Source: Octopus sinensis
Taxonomy: Eukaryota
NCBI RefSeq assembly: GCF_006345805.1
Contig: NW_021825726.1
Coordinates: 1-14,765, forward strand
Direction of reading: 5' to 3'
DNA length: 14,765 nucleotides
Under the pieces are notes generated by a model. It saw only the letters and a list, made by a program, of their open reading frames with translations. It ran no database searches and was not told where the DNA came from. This document shows, piece after piece, positions 1 to 10,599 of this stretch. The translations under genes were made by a program, and so were the position numbers. Numbering within the stretch: position 1 is the stretch's first letter; each line of letters opens with the position of its first letter.

Positions 1-42
1 CAATCATGTTCAATTAATAAATTGTAATGTCTCTCTCTCTGT

Positions 43-346
43 GGAGGCACATGGCCCGGTGGTTAGAGCAGCGGACTCGCGGTCGAGTGATTGTGGGTTC
101 GAATCTCAGACCGGGCGATGTGTGTGTCTATGAGCGAAACACCTAAGCTCCACGCGACTCCGGCAGAAGGTAATGGCGAAACTTCTGCTGACTCTTTCGC
201 CGCAACATTCTCTCACTCTTTCCTCCTGCATCTTGCAGCTCACCTGCGACGGACCGGCGTCCCATCCAGGTGGGGAACCTATGCGCCAAGGAAACCGGCC
301 CTTATAAACCAGGAACGAAAAACAACAAGAAGGAACAAACAACAAC
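43..346 (+). mobile_element. tRNA-derived SINE, MetaSINE-like central domain, (AAC)n tail
   Basis: A-box-like TGGCCCGGTGG (52-62) and B-box-like GGTTCGAATCT (96-106). CCTGCGACGGACCGGCGTCCCATCCAGG...GAAACCGG (243-298) resembles the Meta-domain motif as I recall it. An AAC-rich tail runs to 346. AATGTCTCTCTC is repeated at 26-37 and 347-358 (candidate TSD). Confidence 0.7.
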
Positions 347-350
347 AATG

Positions 351-365
351 TCTCTCTCAAACCAG

Positions 366-399
<34 letters not shown>

Positions 400-425
400 A
401 CCCTTCTTCACTCTCGCTCTCTCTC
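351..425. repeat. (CT)n microsatellite
   Basis: Direct reading of the sequence. Confidence 0.95.
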
Positions 426-798
426 ACTTTTTTCTTTTTGTATGCATATATTTCTGTGGACATATGCGTGTCTGCATGAGTGTGCGCGTGTGTGTATGTT
501 TGCTTCTAGTAGCAAAAACGTATTGTCGGCCGTGCCAAGCCGTCTGCGTCCAAACAGCTGCGCCAAGACGTCTCATTCCGACAAGCTCACTCGCTAATCA
601 CAACACCAGCGCCTGTTCTGGCAATGTGAATCTGGCAGAGAAATAGGTTGCTGCTATTTCTAGCGGTCGAGTGTTCATCATTGACATGACCAAGGAAGCT
701 CGAAGTCACGTGATCTGGGGGGGTAGCGGGAATTTACTTCCCCGCTAGCGATATATGCAAGAATGGATTCCCCCCACTCCACCGTTTTCCTACCCCTT

Positions 799-1130
799 CG
801 AAGAAGAAGAAGAAGGATGAAAAGAAGAAGAAGGAGGGGGGAGGATGAGAAGAGGAAGGAGGGGAATGAGAAGAAGAAGGATGAAAAGAAGAAGAAAAAC
901 GAAGAAGAAGGAGGAGGGGGATGAGAAGAAGGAGTAGAAGGAGGAGGAGGATGAGAAGAAGAAGAAGAAGAAGCAACAAGCAACAAACACAGCAAGAACA
1001 ACGACAACAACAACGAATTACAATGACAACAGCAACGACGATAACAACAACAACAACAACAGCAATATCAGCCACAACAACAACAAAAACAACGACGTCG
1101 ACGACAACAACAACAATAGCAACAACAACA
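799..1130. repeat. Compound (GAA/GAG)n then (AAC)n microsatellite
   Basis: Purine triplets to about 972, then AAC/GAC triplets. Explains the low-complexity ORFs at 678-1165. Confidence 0.95.
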
Positions 1131-1617
1131 CTGCTGCAATGAATCTGTAATGAAGGTCGTTTCAAAGAATAAAAACAACCTCCAACACTTGTGTAATTAC
1201 CAAGACAAGAGCATATTCCAGTTGCAATCTACATCCGTGTCCAGGCACCATTTCTGATCTCTAACCTCTGTGGAATATAGCAGACAGCGGTCAAATAAGC
1301 ACCAGACGCGTTTCCTTTGATCCGCCTCAATAACAGAAGAAACAAGAACACAACTAAAATTCCAATATACTCGTCCGAATCTTTGAAAAATTTACAATTC
1401 TCTGTTTGCAGGCAATATTAACCAAACTGCTGAACATTCGATATTGAATGCGCAAATAGCTGTTCTTCTTTCATTCAACACACATTCTGACATTCCGGCC
1501 AATAATATTCAATGAATTTATTTTGCTAAAAATCAATGATAAACGCGAATTTGTTGAGTGAATTTTTCCAGTAGTGAAGTTAACAAAATACAAATACAAA
1601 ATTTCAATAATGAAACA

Positions 1618-1695
1618 TCGCCGTAGTCACCGCCGCCACAACCACCGCCACCGTCGTCGTCAGAGCCACCACCACCACCACCACCATCACCACCG
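1618..1695. repeat. (CAC/CGT)n microsatellite
   Basis: Direct reading of the sequence. Confidence 0.9.
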
Positions 1696-1713
1696 ATCGG
1701 TATTGTTATTGTC

Positions 1714-1909
1714 AAAATGCTTAACGGCATTCCAGCTCGCTTTACGTTCTGGGCTCAAATTCCACCCAGGTCGACTTTGCTTTTCATTCTTTCGGGATCG
1801 TTGAAATAAGTACCAGTTAAGCACTGGAGTCTGTGAAATCACTTGCCCTTTTCCCCACCAAATTTCAGATCTTATGCCTGTAGTAGAAAGGATTGTTATT
1901 TTTATTATT
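1714..1909 (+). mobile_element. 5'-truncated, diverged OK-like SINE with alternative 3' tail and (ATT)n end
   Basis: CAAATTCCACCCAGGTCGACTTTGCTTTTCATTCTTTCGGGATCG...AAGTACCAGTTAAGCACTGG matches the body of the copies at 2245 and 2978. The 3' part differs (...CCAAATTTCAG...GTAGTAGAAAGG) and ends in an ATT-like tract. Confidence 0.75.
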
Positions 1910-2187
1910 GAGTGAGAGAGCAGCGCATGCCATCAAAGTGACATTGGGCTACAAATATACGAAGCCTAGTATACCTATTATGACTACCCGTCTGATAAGG
2001 GTACACCAGGTATTGCAATCATACATGTGCGACATGGTAATCTCATATCAAGATAAACAGCGCATGCTCTTGCAGTTAGGGCCCATTTAGAATTTTCTTC
2101 AGGTGGAGTAGCCCATACCGCTCAAAAGGTCTCTGAATAAGGTTTGCTTAAGGATGATGTACAAAACACCCATGTTTCCAGCAGAGG
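1910..2187 (-). mobile_element. Putative 3' end of an interspersed non-LTR retroelement ending in (AAT)n
   Basis: The minus strand ends ...GCTCTCTCACTC followed by an AAT-like tract. I recall this segment as an octopus interspersed repeat; family unverified and no ORF. Confidence 0.35.
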
Positions 2188-2244
2188 CGATGGGTCTATG
2201 TATGCAACGCATCCACTGTTTACCTTACTATATTACCACAATAA

Positions 2245-2640
2245 GGCGGCGAGCTGGCGGAAACGTTAGCGCGCCGGACGAAGTGCGTAGCCGTATTTCA
2301 TCTGCCGTTACGTTCTGAGTTCAAATTCCGCCGAGGTCGACTTTGCCTTTCATAATTTCGGGGTCGATAAATTAAGTACCAGTTACGCACTGGGGTCGAT
2401 GTAATCGATTTAGTCCTTTGTCTGTCCTTGTTTAGCCCCATGTGCGTAGTAAAGAAATAGGTATTTTGTCTGCCGTTACTTTCTGAGTTCAAATTCCGCC
2501 GAGGTCGACTTTTTGTTTCATCCTTTGGGGTCGATAAATTAAGTACCAGTTACGCACTGGGGTCGATGTAATCGACTTAATCCGTTTGTCCTTGTTTGTC
2601 CCCTCTGTGTTTAGCCCCTTATGGGTAGTAAAGAAATAGG
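2245..2640 (+). mobile_element. OK-like tRNA SINE, head + 2 tandem bodies, single TSD pair
   Basis: Head GGCGGCGAGCTGG, B-box-like GAGTTCAAATTCC. The body repeats after the junction AAATAGGTATTTTGTCTGCCG (~2461; period 168). TSD TATATTACCACAATAA at 2229-2244 and 2641-2656. Confidence 0.9.
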
Positions 2641-2854
2641 TATATTACCACAATAAATAATTTTTGTGTAATAAATAATTGATTATTGGTATTTTTCACT
2701 AGATTCATTCTAGTCATATATACTTATATTTCGCATTCCTTCATTTCTTAGTAGAAATTGTAAACAATCGATATTATTTAACAAGTACGAGTAGTGAAAG
2801 CCCTTGTTTGCTTTTGCGAGAAAAGAAGGAAAAGCTATGAATGGATTACTTTCC

Positions 2855-3490
2855 CGTTCTTTTGAGGAGGATGCGTCAACAAGAGAGACATAACAAACGA
2901 GTGTTCAACAGAGAGAAAAGCGAATTTTTCTGCTTGCTTTCAGTCGTAGTCAGTAACAGCAATGGTGTTAGCCTCTTGGCGACGAGCTGGCAGAAACGTT
3001 AGCACGCCGGGCGAAATGCGTAGCCGTATTTCGTCTGCCGTTAGGTTTGAGTTCAAATTCCGCCGAGGTCGACTTTGCGTTTCATCCTTTCGGGGTCGAT
3101 AAATTAAGTACCAGTTACGTACTGGGGTCGATATAATCGTCTTAATCCGTTTGTCTGTCCTTGTTTGTCCTCTCTGTGTTTAGCCCCTTGTGGGTAGTAA
3201 AGAAATAGGTATTAGCCTCTTCGAGAATGGAGCATCAAAAAGAGAGACATAATAAACGGTTGAGTGGTCAGCAAAAGGAAAGGTTAAGGAAAGCAAATTC
3301 TTTACTGCTTGTTTTCGGTCATAAGAATAAGAGCAGTGGTGTTATTTTCTTTGTATTCTATTATTTTCGAGAAGGGAGCATCTAAAAGAAGGACAAGACA
3401 AGAAATGTGTGGGTGGCGAAGCAAGAGAAAGACAGAGAAAGCAGATCTTTTGCTGCTTGCCTTCCAGTCGTGTTAAGCCAACAGACATGT
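2855..3490. repeat. Old degenerate ~120-150 bp tandem repeat (3 units), interrupted by a SINE
   Basis: Units at about 2855-2975, 3220-3345 and 3366-3490 share GAGA(A/G)GGAGCATC..AAGAGAGACA, GAAAGC.AAT.TTT.CTGCTTG.TTTC.GTC and usually GGTGTTA. Confidence 0.65.
2978..3211 (+). mobile_element. Full-length monomeric OK-like tRNA SINE
   Basis: Runs GGCGACGAGCTGG to AAGAAATAGGTA. TSD TTAGCCTCTT at 2968-2977 and 3212-3221. Confidence 0.92.
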
Positions 3491-3617
3491 TGTCATCATT
3501 TTTTTTCTCTTGATGTGTTGATGTTTTTACTGTCCTGTGCAGCAGAGATAAAAAAAAAATTGCCTATTCAGAGGACTTTCCTGGGGTTTTCTTCAAAGTC
3601 GGACGAGAAAGGCATGA

Positions 3618-3730
3618 TTCTGTGCTTCTTTGCACTATATGTTGACATGAGATGTTTTCTCGAGACGAATACTACAGTTTTGAGGCTTTCTACAATAAAT
3701 TCATGTTAAGATATACAGAATTCCCCTACT
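3618..3730 (+). repeat. Unclassified ~110-bp repeat, inverted relative to 6510-6627
   Basis: TTCTGTGCTTCTTTGCACTATATG...TTCTCGAGACGAATACTACAG...GTTAAGATATACAGAATTCC aligns to the reverse complement of 6510-6627 with scattered, mostly transition, mismatches. Confidence 0.8.
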
Positions 3731-4369
3731 CGCTCTCTTTCTCTCTTTCTCTCTGAATATGTGCGTTTGTGAGTGTGTGTGTAACTAAAAAATAAAGTTT
3801 TCATCCATTCGTTCATGCCAATACTTTAAAATTTAATTTTAAATATCTAGAATTATTTAAGAAAGGTTACTAAAAAATTAAACTAGCACCTAAATTATCT
3901 ATTAGCATAAAGCTTCGATTCATTTAAAAAGATTATAACCCAGTAGAATTTCTCGTGCTTTCAATCACCCCCAGGATGGCAAAAGGCTCAATTAGTTCAT
4001 TTTTATCCCTACTTTTCCCAACTTTGAAACAGATAAGAAGAATATTATTATTCTCGGAAAAGAGAAACCAAAATCAAAATCGAAGTTGGCAGCAAGGAAT
4101 GTCATTGTTATTTTGATTGAAATTATTATGAATAGTCTGAGGAAATGCTGAGATGATCCATTCTAAACAATTTTTTCTGTTTCCCATGTCTGCTAGTTTG
4201 TCAGTACAAGAACACATTTTCTCAGCTTTGAAATGATACTGAAAACGAAATCATTTAATTGTATAGTGATCGAAAAACAGCATTTGGTGTTGTTATGTTT
4301 AGTGAGATTACAAACCTTCGAATGAAATCTTAACTGTCACATGTTTATATTATACACACACATAAGTGT

Positions 4370-4605
<236 letters not shown>

Positions 4606-4617
4606 CAAAAAAAAAAC

Positions 4618-4768
4618 ACGGGTCTTCTTTCTTTTCCGTCTACCAAATCCACACACAGGGATTGGTCTGCCCGAAATGATAGTAGAAGATATCTGCCCAA
4701 GATGCCACGCAGTGGGACTGAAACCGGAACCATGTGGTTATGAATTAAACTTCTTACCACGCAGCCAC
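4618..4768 (-). mobile_element. OR-like CORE-SINE, head + core only
   Basis: The minus strand reads GTGGCTGCGTGGTAAG...GGTTCCGGTTTCAGTCCC...TCTTGGGCAG... (A/B box, CORE-like TTGGGCA). Homologous to 8543-8703, 11317-11447 and 12758-12922. Confidence 0.85.
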
Positions 4769-4779
4769 GTTGAACCTAC

Positions 4780-4880
4780 ACAACACACACACCCACTCAC
4801 TCACATATGCACACATACACATGTATATATGTATGTATGTATATATTATATATATATATATTAATTATCTATAATATATA

Positions 4881-4943
<63 letters not shown>

Positions 4944-4973
4944 TACTACATCATGCATGCATACATACATACA

Positions 4974-5007
<34 letters not shown>

Positions 5008-5020
5008 CATACATACATAA
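4780..5020. repeat. (CA)n/(TA)n/(CATA)n microsatellite
   Basis: Direct reading of the sequence. Confidence 0.95.
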
Positions 5021-5350
5021 ATGCTCACATACGAACATGCGCGTAATGTTTATTCACGTATGTATATATGTCTGCGTGGATGTACGTGGATGTGTATGTG
5101 TTTATGAAGTGTCACTGCACGTGGGCGCATATATAAGAGCATACACACGGAGTTGAATGCCACGTGCTGCCGCACAGTGGCGCATACAGACACAGCCATG
5201 CATAGACATTCGCACACACACACATGCATACACACATACATTTATACAAGTGTATATGCAGCGGTTTTGAAGGACTTCCAGCTTGGCCAGGCTCCCAGCT
5301 CATTTCCTATATAACAGATATCTAATCTGATTAGTAAATATTGCTAAATG

Positions 5351-6370
5351 TGGTGGTGGTGGTAGTGGTTGTGGTGGTGGTGGTGGTGGTAGTGGTGGTG
5401 GTGGTAGTGGTGGTGGTGGTGGTGGTGGTGGTGGGGGTAGTGGTTGTGGTGGTGGTGGTGGTGGTGGTGGTGGTGGTGGTGGTGGTGGTAGTGGTAGTGG
5501 TGGTGTTGTGGCGATGCTTCTTGCGGTGATGATGATGATGAGGAGGAGGAGGAGGGGAAGATAATGGTGATGATGATGATGAAGATGGTAATGATGATGA
5601 TGATGACGCTGACGCTGGTGATGATAATGACGATGATGATGATAATGATGAGGAGGAGGAAGAAGAAGAAGAGGATGCTGATGATGTAATGATGATGAGT
5701 GATGAAGATGACAAAGGTGTTGGCGGTGATGGTGGTGGTGGTGGTGGTGGTAGTGGTTGTGGTGGTGTTGTGGTGATGAAGGTGGCGGTGATGATGATGA
5801 TGAGGAGGTGGAGGAGGAGGGAAAGATAATGGTGATGATGATGAAGATGGTAATGATGATGATGACGCTGACGCTGGTGATGATAATGACGATAATGATG
5901 ATGATAATGAGGAGGAAGAAGAAGAAGAGGAGAATGCTGATGATGGTAATGATGATGATGGTGATGATGATGATGATGATGATGATGATGACGCTGATGC
6001 TGGTGATGATAATGATGATGATAATGAGGAGGAGGAAGAAGAAGAAGAGGAGGATGCTGATGATGGTGATGATGATGATGATGATGACGCTGACGCTGGT
6101 GATGATAATGACGATAATGATGATGATAATGAGGAGGAAGAAGAAGAAGAAGGAGAGGATGCTGATGATGGTAATGATGATGATGGTGATGATAATGACG
6201 ATGATGATAATGAGGAGGAGGATGCTGATGATGGTAATGGTGATGATGCTGATGATGATGATGCTGATGATGATGACAAAGGTGTTGTCGGTGATGGTGG
6301 TGGTGATGATAGTGTTGGTTGTGATGGTTGTAGTGACGGCGGTGGAGTCATTTGTAGTGGTAGTGGTGGT
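5351..6370. repeat. Compound (GGT)n-(GAT)n-(GAG/GAA)n array with higher-order duplications
   Basis: The landmark GACGCTGA recurs at 5605, 5864, 5990 and 6086. GACAAAGGTGTTG occurs twice (~5710, ~6275). Confidence 0.92.
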
Positions 6371-6509
6371 GGGGAAGCAATATTGGGTAACTGGCATGAG
6401 AATCTCGTACCTCAGCTGCCCACTTTTTTTGGCATCGTCTTGATCCCTTTTTCTGGGTTCGGATGATATTCATTGCAGTGTGTACAACATCACACACACA
6501 CACATTCAA

Positions 6510-6627
6510 AGAGAGAGAGGAATTCTGTATATCTTAACAGGGATTTATCATAGAAAGCCCCAAAACTGCAGTATTCGTCTCGAGAAGACATCTTATATCG
6601 GCATATAGTGCTAAGAAGCACAGAAAT
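6510..6627 (-). repeat. Second copy (inverted) of the 3618-3730 repeat
   Basis: Reverse complement aligns to 3618-3730; both copies end in CAGAATTCC followed by CT-rich sequence. Confidence 0.8.
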
Positions 6628-7019
6628 ACACCAGAAGCAACCGAAAAGCGTCCAGCAGCGATTGTGGAATGGTTAAATCTGGATTTCTGTGTCTTTACCA
6701 CGAAAGGTTTTTGAAAAATTGTTCAAAAACCCGTAGTGGTAACACGTTGAATATAGCTGCATGGATGCGTATACCTTGAACGAACTTATAACACAACTGG
6801 ACCTACAGGATCTAACTGGATCCCACATCTTAGGACAACTATGCAACAGAAACACGTGTCGGACAGAGACTTTTTGGAGGATGTATATGATTCTCCAATC
6901 TTATTTTAGTGTCTTGAATATACACTCTGTATACTGTATAAAATCCAGAGAAGCGAACTCCGGATTTACCCATCCGTGAAATATTTCTTGTTTCCATATT
7001 TGATGTGATTAGCCCGTTG

Positions 7020-7033
7020 TGTGTGTTTGTATA

Positions 7034-7107
<74 letters not shown>

Positions 7108-7205
7108 TATATAATTTAATAATAAATATATGCATACATACATACATATATGTACGTACCTACATCTACATGTATATATACATGCACATATAAATATATA
7201 TATGT
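7020..7205. repeat. (TA)n-rich microsatellite
   Basis: Direct reading of the sequence. Confidence 0.95.
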
Positions 7206-7600
7206 GAGTACAGGACACCACAAATAGACGTAGAACTCAACGAGAAACGAAAACATAAAAACAAGGGAACGGACTTTTTTTAACAACGAAAAAACAGAAC
7301 ACAAGACAAACAACACAAGGAACATTCCCCTTCATTAGCTGTCCCCGGTTCGATTCCATGCGTGTTTCGAAGGTAAGGACAGAACACGTCCGCCGGACCG
7401 GTCCTTCCTACAAGGGAATTAAATAAAATTCCTTTGCAGAGGGGTAAAAACAAGGAAAGAAAAAAACGTGATAAGAACAGGACGTAAAAGCAATACAAAT
7501 AAAAATACAAATAAAAATACGAATACAAAATAAAAATACAAATATAAAAAAATACAGTACACATAAAGAATAAAAACAGGACAAAGAAACAAACATTGAC
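7206..7600. mobile_element. Putative interspersed repeat, possibly Penelope-associated
   Basis: Begins GAGTACAGGACACCAC after the TA tract and has A-rich AAAC runs around a structured GC core. Resembles octopus repeats I recall; family unverified. Confidence 0.25.
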
Positions 7601-7674
7601 GGCCTTTTTTAGCCTAGACGATGGAAAAAATTCAGAGCGTTTCGTTTCTTTCCTTTCCTTTCTCCAGTAAGTTT

Positions 7675-7680
7675 ATATAT

Positions 7681-7724
<44 letters not shown>

Positions 7725-7735
7725 TGTGTGAGTGT
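7675..7735. repeat. (TA)n/(TG)n microsatellite
   Basis: Direct reading of the sequence. Confidence 0.9.
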
Positions 7736-7736
7736 A

Positions 7737-7818
7737 TGTTTGTCTCCGCAACATCACTTGACAACCGATGCTGGTATGTTTACGTCCCCGTAACTTAGCG
7801 GTTCGGCTAAAGAGACTC
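7737..7818 (+). mobile_element. OR-like SINE 3'-half fragment, headless
   Basis: CACTTGACAACCGATGCTGGTATGTTTACGTCCCCGTAACTTAGCGGTTCGG matches the reverse complement of about 11153-11205. Confidence 0.85.
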
Positions 7819-7824
7819 GCTACA

Positions 7825-7892
7825 TTACGGGGACGTAAATACACAAGCAACGCTTGTCAGGTGATTGTGTGTGGACAAACACAGATGCACTA

Positions 7893-7937
<45 letters not shown>

Positions 7938-8703
7938 ACGGGCTTCTTTCAGTTTCCTATTTCTTTACTGCCCACAAGGGACTAAACATAGAAGGGAAAA
8001 ACAAGGACAGACAAACGGATTAAGTCGATTACATTGACCCCAGTGCGTAACTGGTACCTAATTTATCGATCCTGAAAGGATGAAAGGCAAGGTCGACCTC
8101 GGCGGAATTTGAATTCAGAACGTAACGCCAGACGAAATACCTATTTCTTTACTACCCACAAGGGGCTAAATACAGAGAGGACAGACAAACGGATTAAGTC
8201 GTTTATATCGAGCCCAGTGCGCAACTGGTACATATTTAATCGACCCCGAAAGGATGAAAGGCAAAGTCGACCTCAGCGGAATTTGAACTCAGAACGTAGC
8301 GGCAGACGAAATACCTATTTCTTTATTACCCACAAGGGGCTAAACACAGAGGGGACAAACAAGGACAGAGATAGGTATTAAGTCGATTACATCGACCCCA
8401 GTGCGTAACTGGTACTTAATTTATCGACCCCGAAAGGATGAAAGGCAAAGTCGACCTCGGCGGAATTTGAACTCACAACGTAACGCAGACGAAATACCGC
8501 TGAGTATTTCGTCCGGCGTGCGAATTTCTCTGCCAGCCTGCCACGGGCTTCTCTCGGTTTCCGTCTACCAAATCTACTCACAAAGCTTTGGTCGGCCCGT
8601 GGCTATAGTAGAAGACACTGGTCCAAGGTGCCACGCAGTGGGACTGAACCCGGAACCATGTGGTTAGTGAGCAAGCTACTTACTACACAGCCACACCTGC
8701 GCC
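7825..8703 (-). mobile_element. OR-like CORE-SINE, 3'-truncated, split by an OK-like trimer
   Basis: Head/core at 8543-8703, central CA/TA microsatellite at about 7895-7935, tail piece at 7825-7890. Confidence 0.85.
7958..8542 (-). mobile_element. OK-like SINE, head + 3 tandem bodies, nested in the OR-like SINE
   Basis: Junctions GACGAAATAC|CTATTTC at 8140 and 8314. TSD ACGGGCTTCTTTCAGTTTCC (7938-7957) / ACGGGCTTCTCTCGGTTTCC (8543-8562), 18/20 identical. Confidence 0.9.
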
Positions 8704-8902
8704 TATATTTTAATAATTAAATATTAAGGATTCTATAAAGAAAATTAAAAATATTCTGTGTATTGTAGAAGTGTAACCTGTTTATAATGCATAAACTTTA
8801 ACAACCCAGTCTTCTAAGGGTCCTGCCCTTAAGGGTCATATGGATCCCAATTGAGTACCACTGATATAGCATATATTTAGGAACTAGAAGTATGTCACTA
8901 TC

Positions 8903-8998
8903 ATCATCATTGTAATCGTCATCATCATCATCACGACCGTTTCTACCACCACCACCACAATCACCACCACAACCACCACCACCATCACCACCACTAAC
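8903..8998. repeat. (CAT)n/(CAC)n microsatellite
   Basis: Direct reading of the sequence. Confidence 0.9.
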
Positions 8999-9011
8999 CC
9001 CTAGCACCCTC

Positions 9012-9572
9012 TGGTGGTAGTAATGGTAGTGCCAGTGGTAGTTGTGGTGGTGGCAGTGGTGGTGGTTGTGGCGGTACTAATCGCGTGATAGTGTTGGCGG
9101 TAGTACAGGTGTTAGTAGTGGTGGTAGTTGTATTTGATGTAGTGGTCGTGTTGGTGGTGGTAGTGGTTGTTGAGTTGTTGCTGGTAGTGGTGCTAGTGAC
9201 GATGGTGATGGCGGCGCTGGTGGTAGTGGTGGTGGTGGTGGTTGAACAAGTTGTGTGGTGGCGTTGGAGGTAGTTGTGTTGGGGGGCGGTAGGGGTGGCA
9301 GTAACGAGAGTGGTTGTGGTGGTGGTGGTGGTGATGCTAGTGACGATGGTGATGGCGGCGGTGGTGATGGTTGTGGCGGTACTGGTTGCGTGGTAGTGCT
9401 CACGGTAGTATAGGTGTTAGTAGTAGTGGTGGTGGTAGTTGCGGCGGTGCTGGTGCGAGTGGTCCTAGTGGTGGTGGCGGCGGCGGCGGCAGCGGTGGTA
9501 GTGGTGGTGGTTGTACTAGTTGTTTGTGGTGGTGTTGGAGCTGGTGCGAGTGGTACTTGGCTGGTGGTGGCA
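9012..9572. repeat. Degenerate (GGT/AGT)n array with internal duplications
   Basis: GGTTGTGGCGGTACT...AGGTGTTAGTAGT at about 9063 and 9368. GCTAGTGACGATGGTGATGGCGGCG at about 9192 and 9336. Confidence 0.9.
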
Positions 9573-9987
9573 CAGTTACAGTTTTATCTCTGCATCAAGC
9601 ATATTGACTCCGAGTGAGCAATTAATGGAGTGGAAGACAGTATTGATTGTTTGTGGGGTGGAGAACAAAAAACGTGGTGATGGTGGGGGATGGCACGAGG
9701 GGGGGACTGCAGAGGGGTGGGCGAGGAAGTGGCGGGACCTGAGTAGAAAAACGGAGGGTGGCGGTGGGGGGGAGTGGAAAGTGGTAGTGGCGAAACAAAT
9801 TAGTTGATTTGAGTTTCTCTCTCTCTCCCACACCCTGCCTTTCCCTCTCCACTCCCCACCACCTGATCTCACCCCCACCCCCACACACAGACCCAGAACC
9901 CGCCCCGCTGAGAAACTGAGAAAACCAGGGAGCTTGACGGGGTGTGGAATGGTGGGAGGAGATGATTAAAAGAAAGCGGGAGTATTC

Positions 9988-9999
9988 ACACAGACACAC

Positions 10000-10042
<43 letters not shown>

Positions 10043-10450
10043 TATACACACATATATATATATACATATATACACACATATATATGCATAGATATATAGA
10101 TAATATTCGTATTAATATGCATACTTATATATTAGCATCTCTCTACCTACTATCAATCTGTCTGTCAGTCTGTCTCTATCTATCTATCTATTTATCTATA
10201 CATACATACATACATGCATACATACATACATACATACATGCATACATGCATACATACGCACGTACATATATACATACATACAAACATACATACAAACATA
10301 CATACATACATACATACATACATACATACATACATACATACAAACATACATACATACATACATACATACATACATACAAACATACATACATACATACATA
10401 CATACATACATACATACATACATACATACATACATACATACACACACACA
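9988..10450. repeat. (CA)/(TA)/(CTAT)/(CATA)n microsatellite cluster
   Basis: Direct reading; the long CATA array has interspersed CAAA variants. Confidence 0.95.
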
Positions 10451-10599
10451 CACTTAAATATGTACTTATAGATATGCGTGTGCGTGGACGCACGTCTATG
10501 AGTGTGTGTCTGTGTGTGTGTGCGGTTACATGTGTGGCAATGAGGACTTGTAGAGGGATGTGGGATGCGATGGGATGTTGGAAGTTTGGTTATGCACGT

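Noticed and set aside
43-115. tRNA gene
   Set aside because: A/B boxes are present but there is no proper acceptor stem; it continues into a SINE body with tail and TSD.
91-597. 168-aa ORF
   Set aside because: It runs through a SINE and CT/TG microsatellites and has no protein-like signal.
645-672. GCTGCTATTTCTAGCGGTCGAG, reminiscent of an octopus retroelement tail
   Set aside because: Too short to support a call without a search.
1140-1600. Possible exons (acceptor TTCTCTGTTTGCAG near 1411; similar sites near 11613 and 5305)
   Set aside because: Only short frames with early stops and no recognisable homology.
5300-6443. Long ORFs of 127-365 aa (poly I/H/S/P/M/V/T)
   Set aside because: These are frame-neutral triplet repeats, open in several frames on both strands.
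9077-9617. Gly/Pro/Val-rich ORFs resembling structural proteins
   Set aside because: They derive from a degenerate GGT array and the Gly register shifts between frames.
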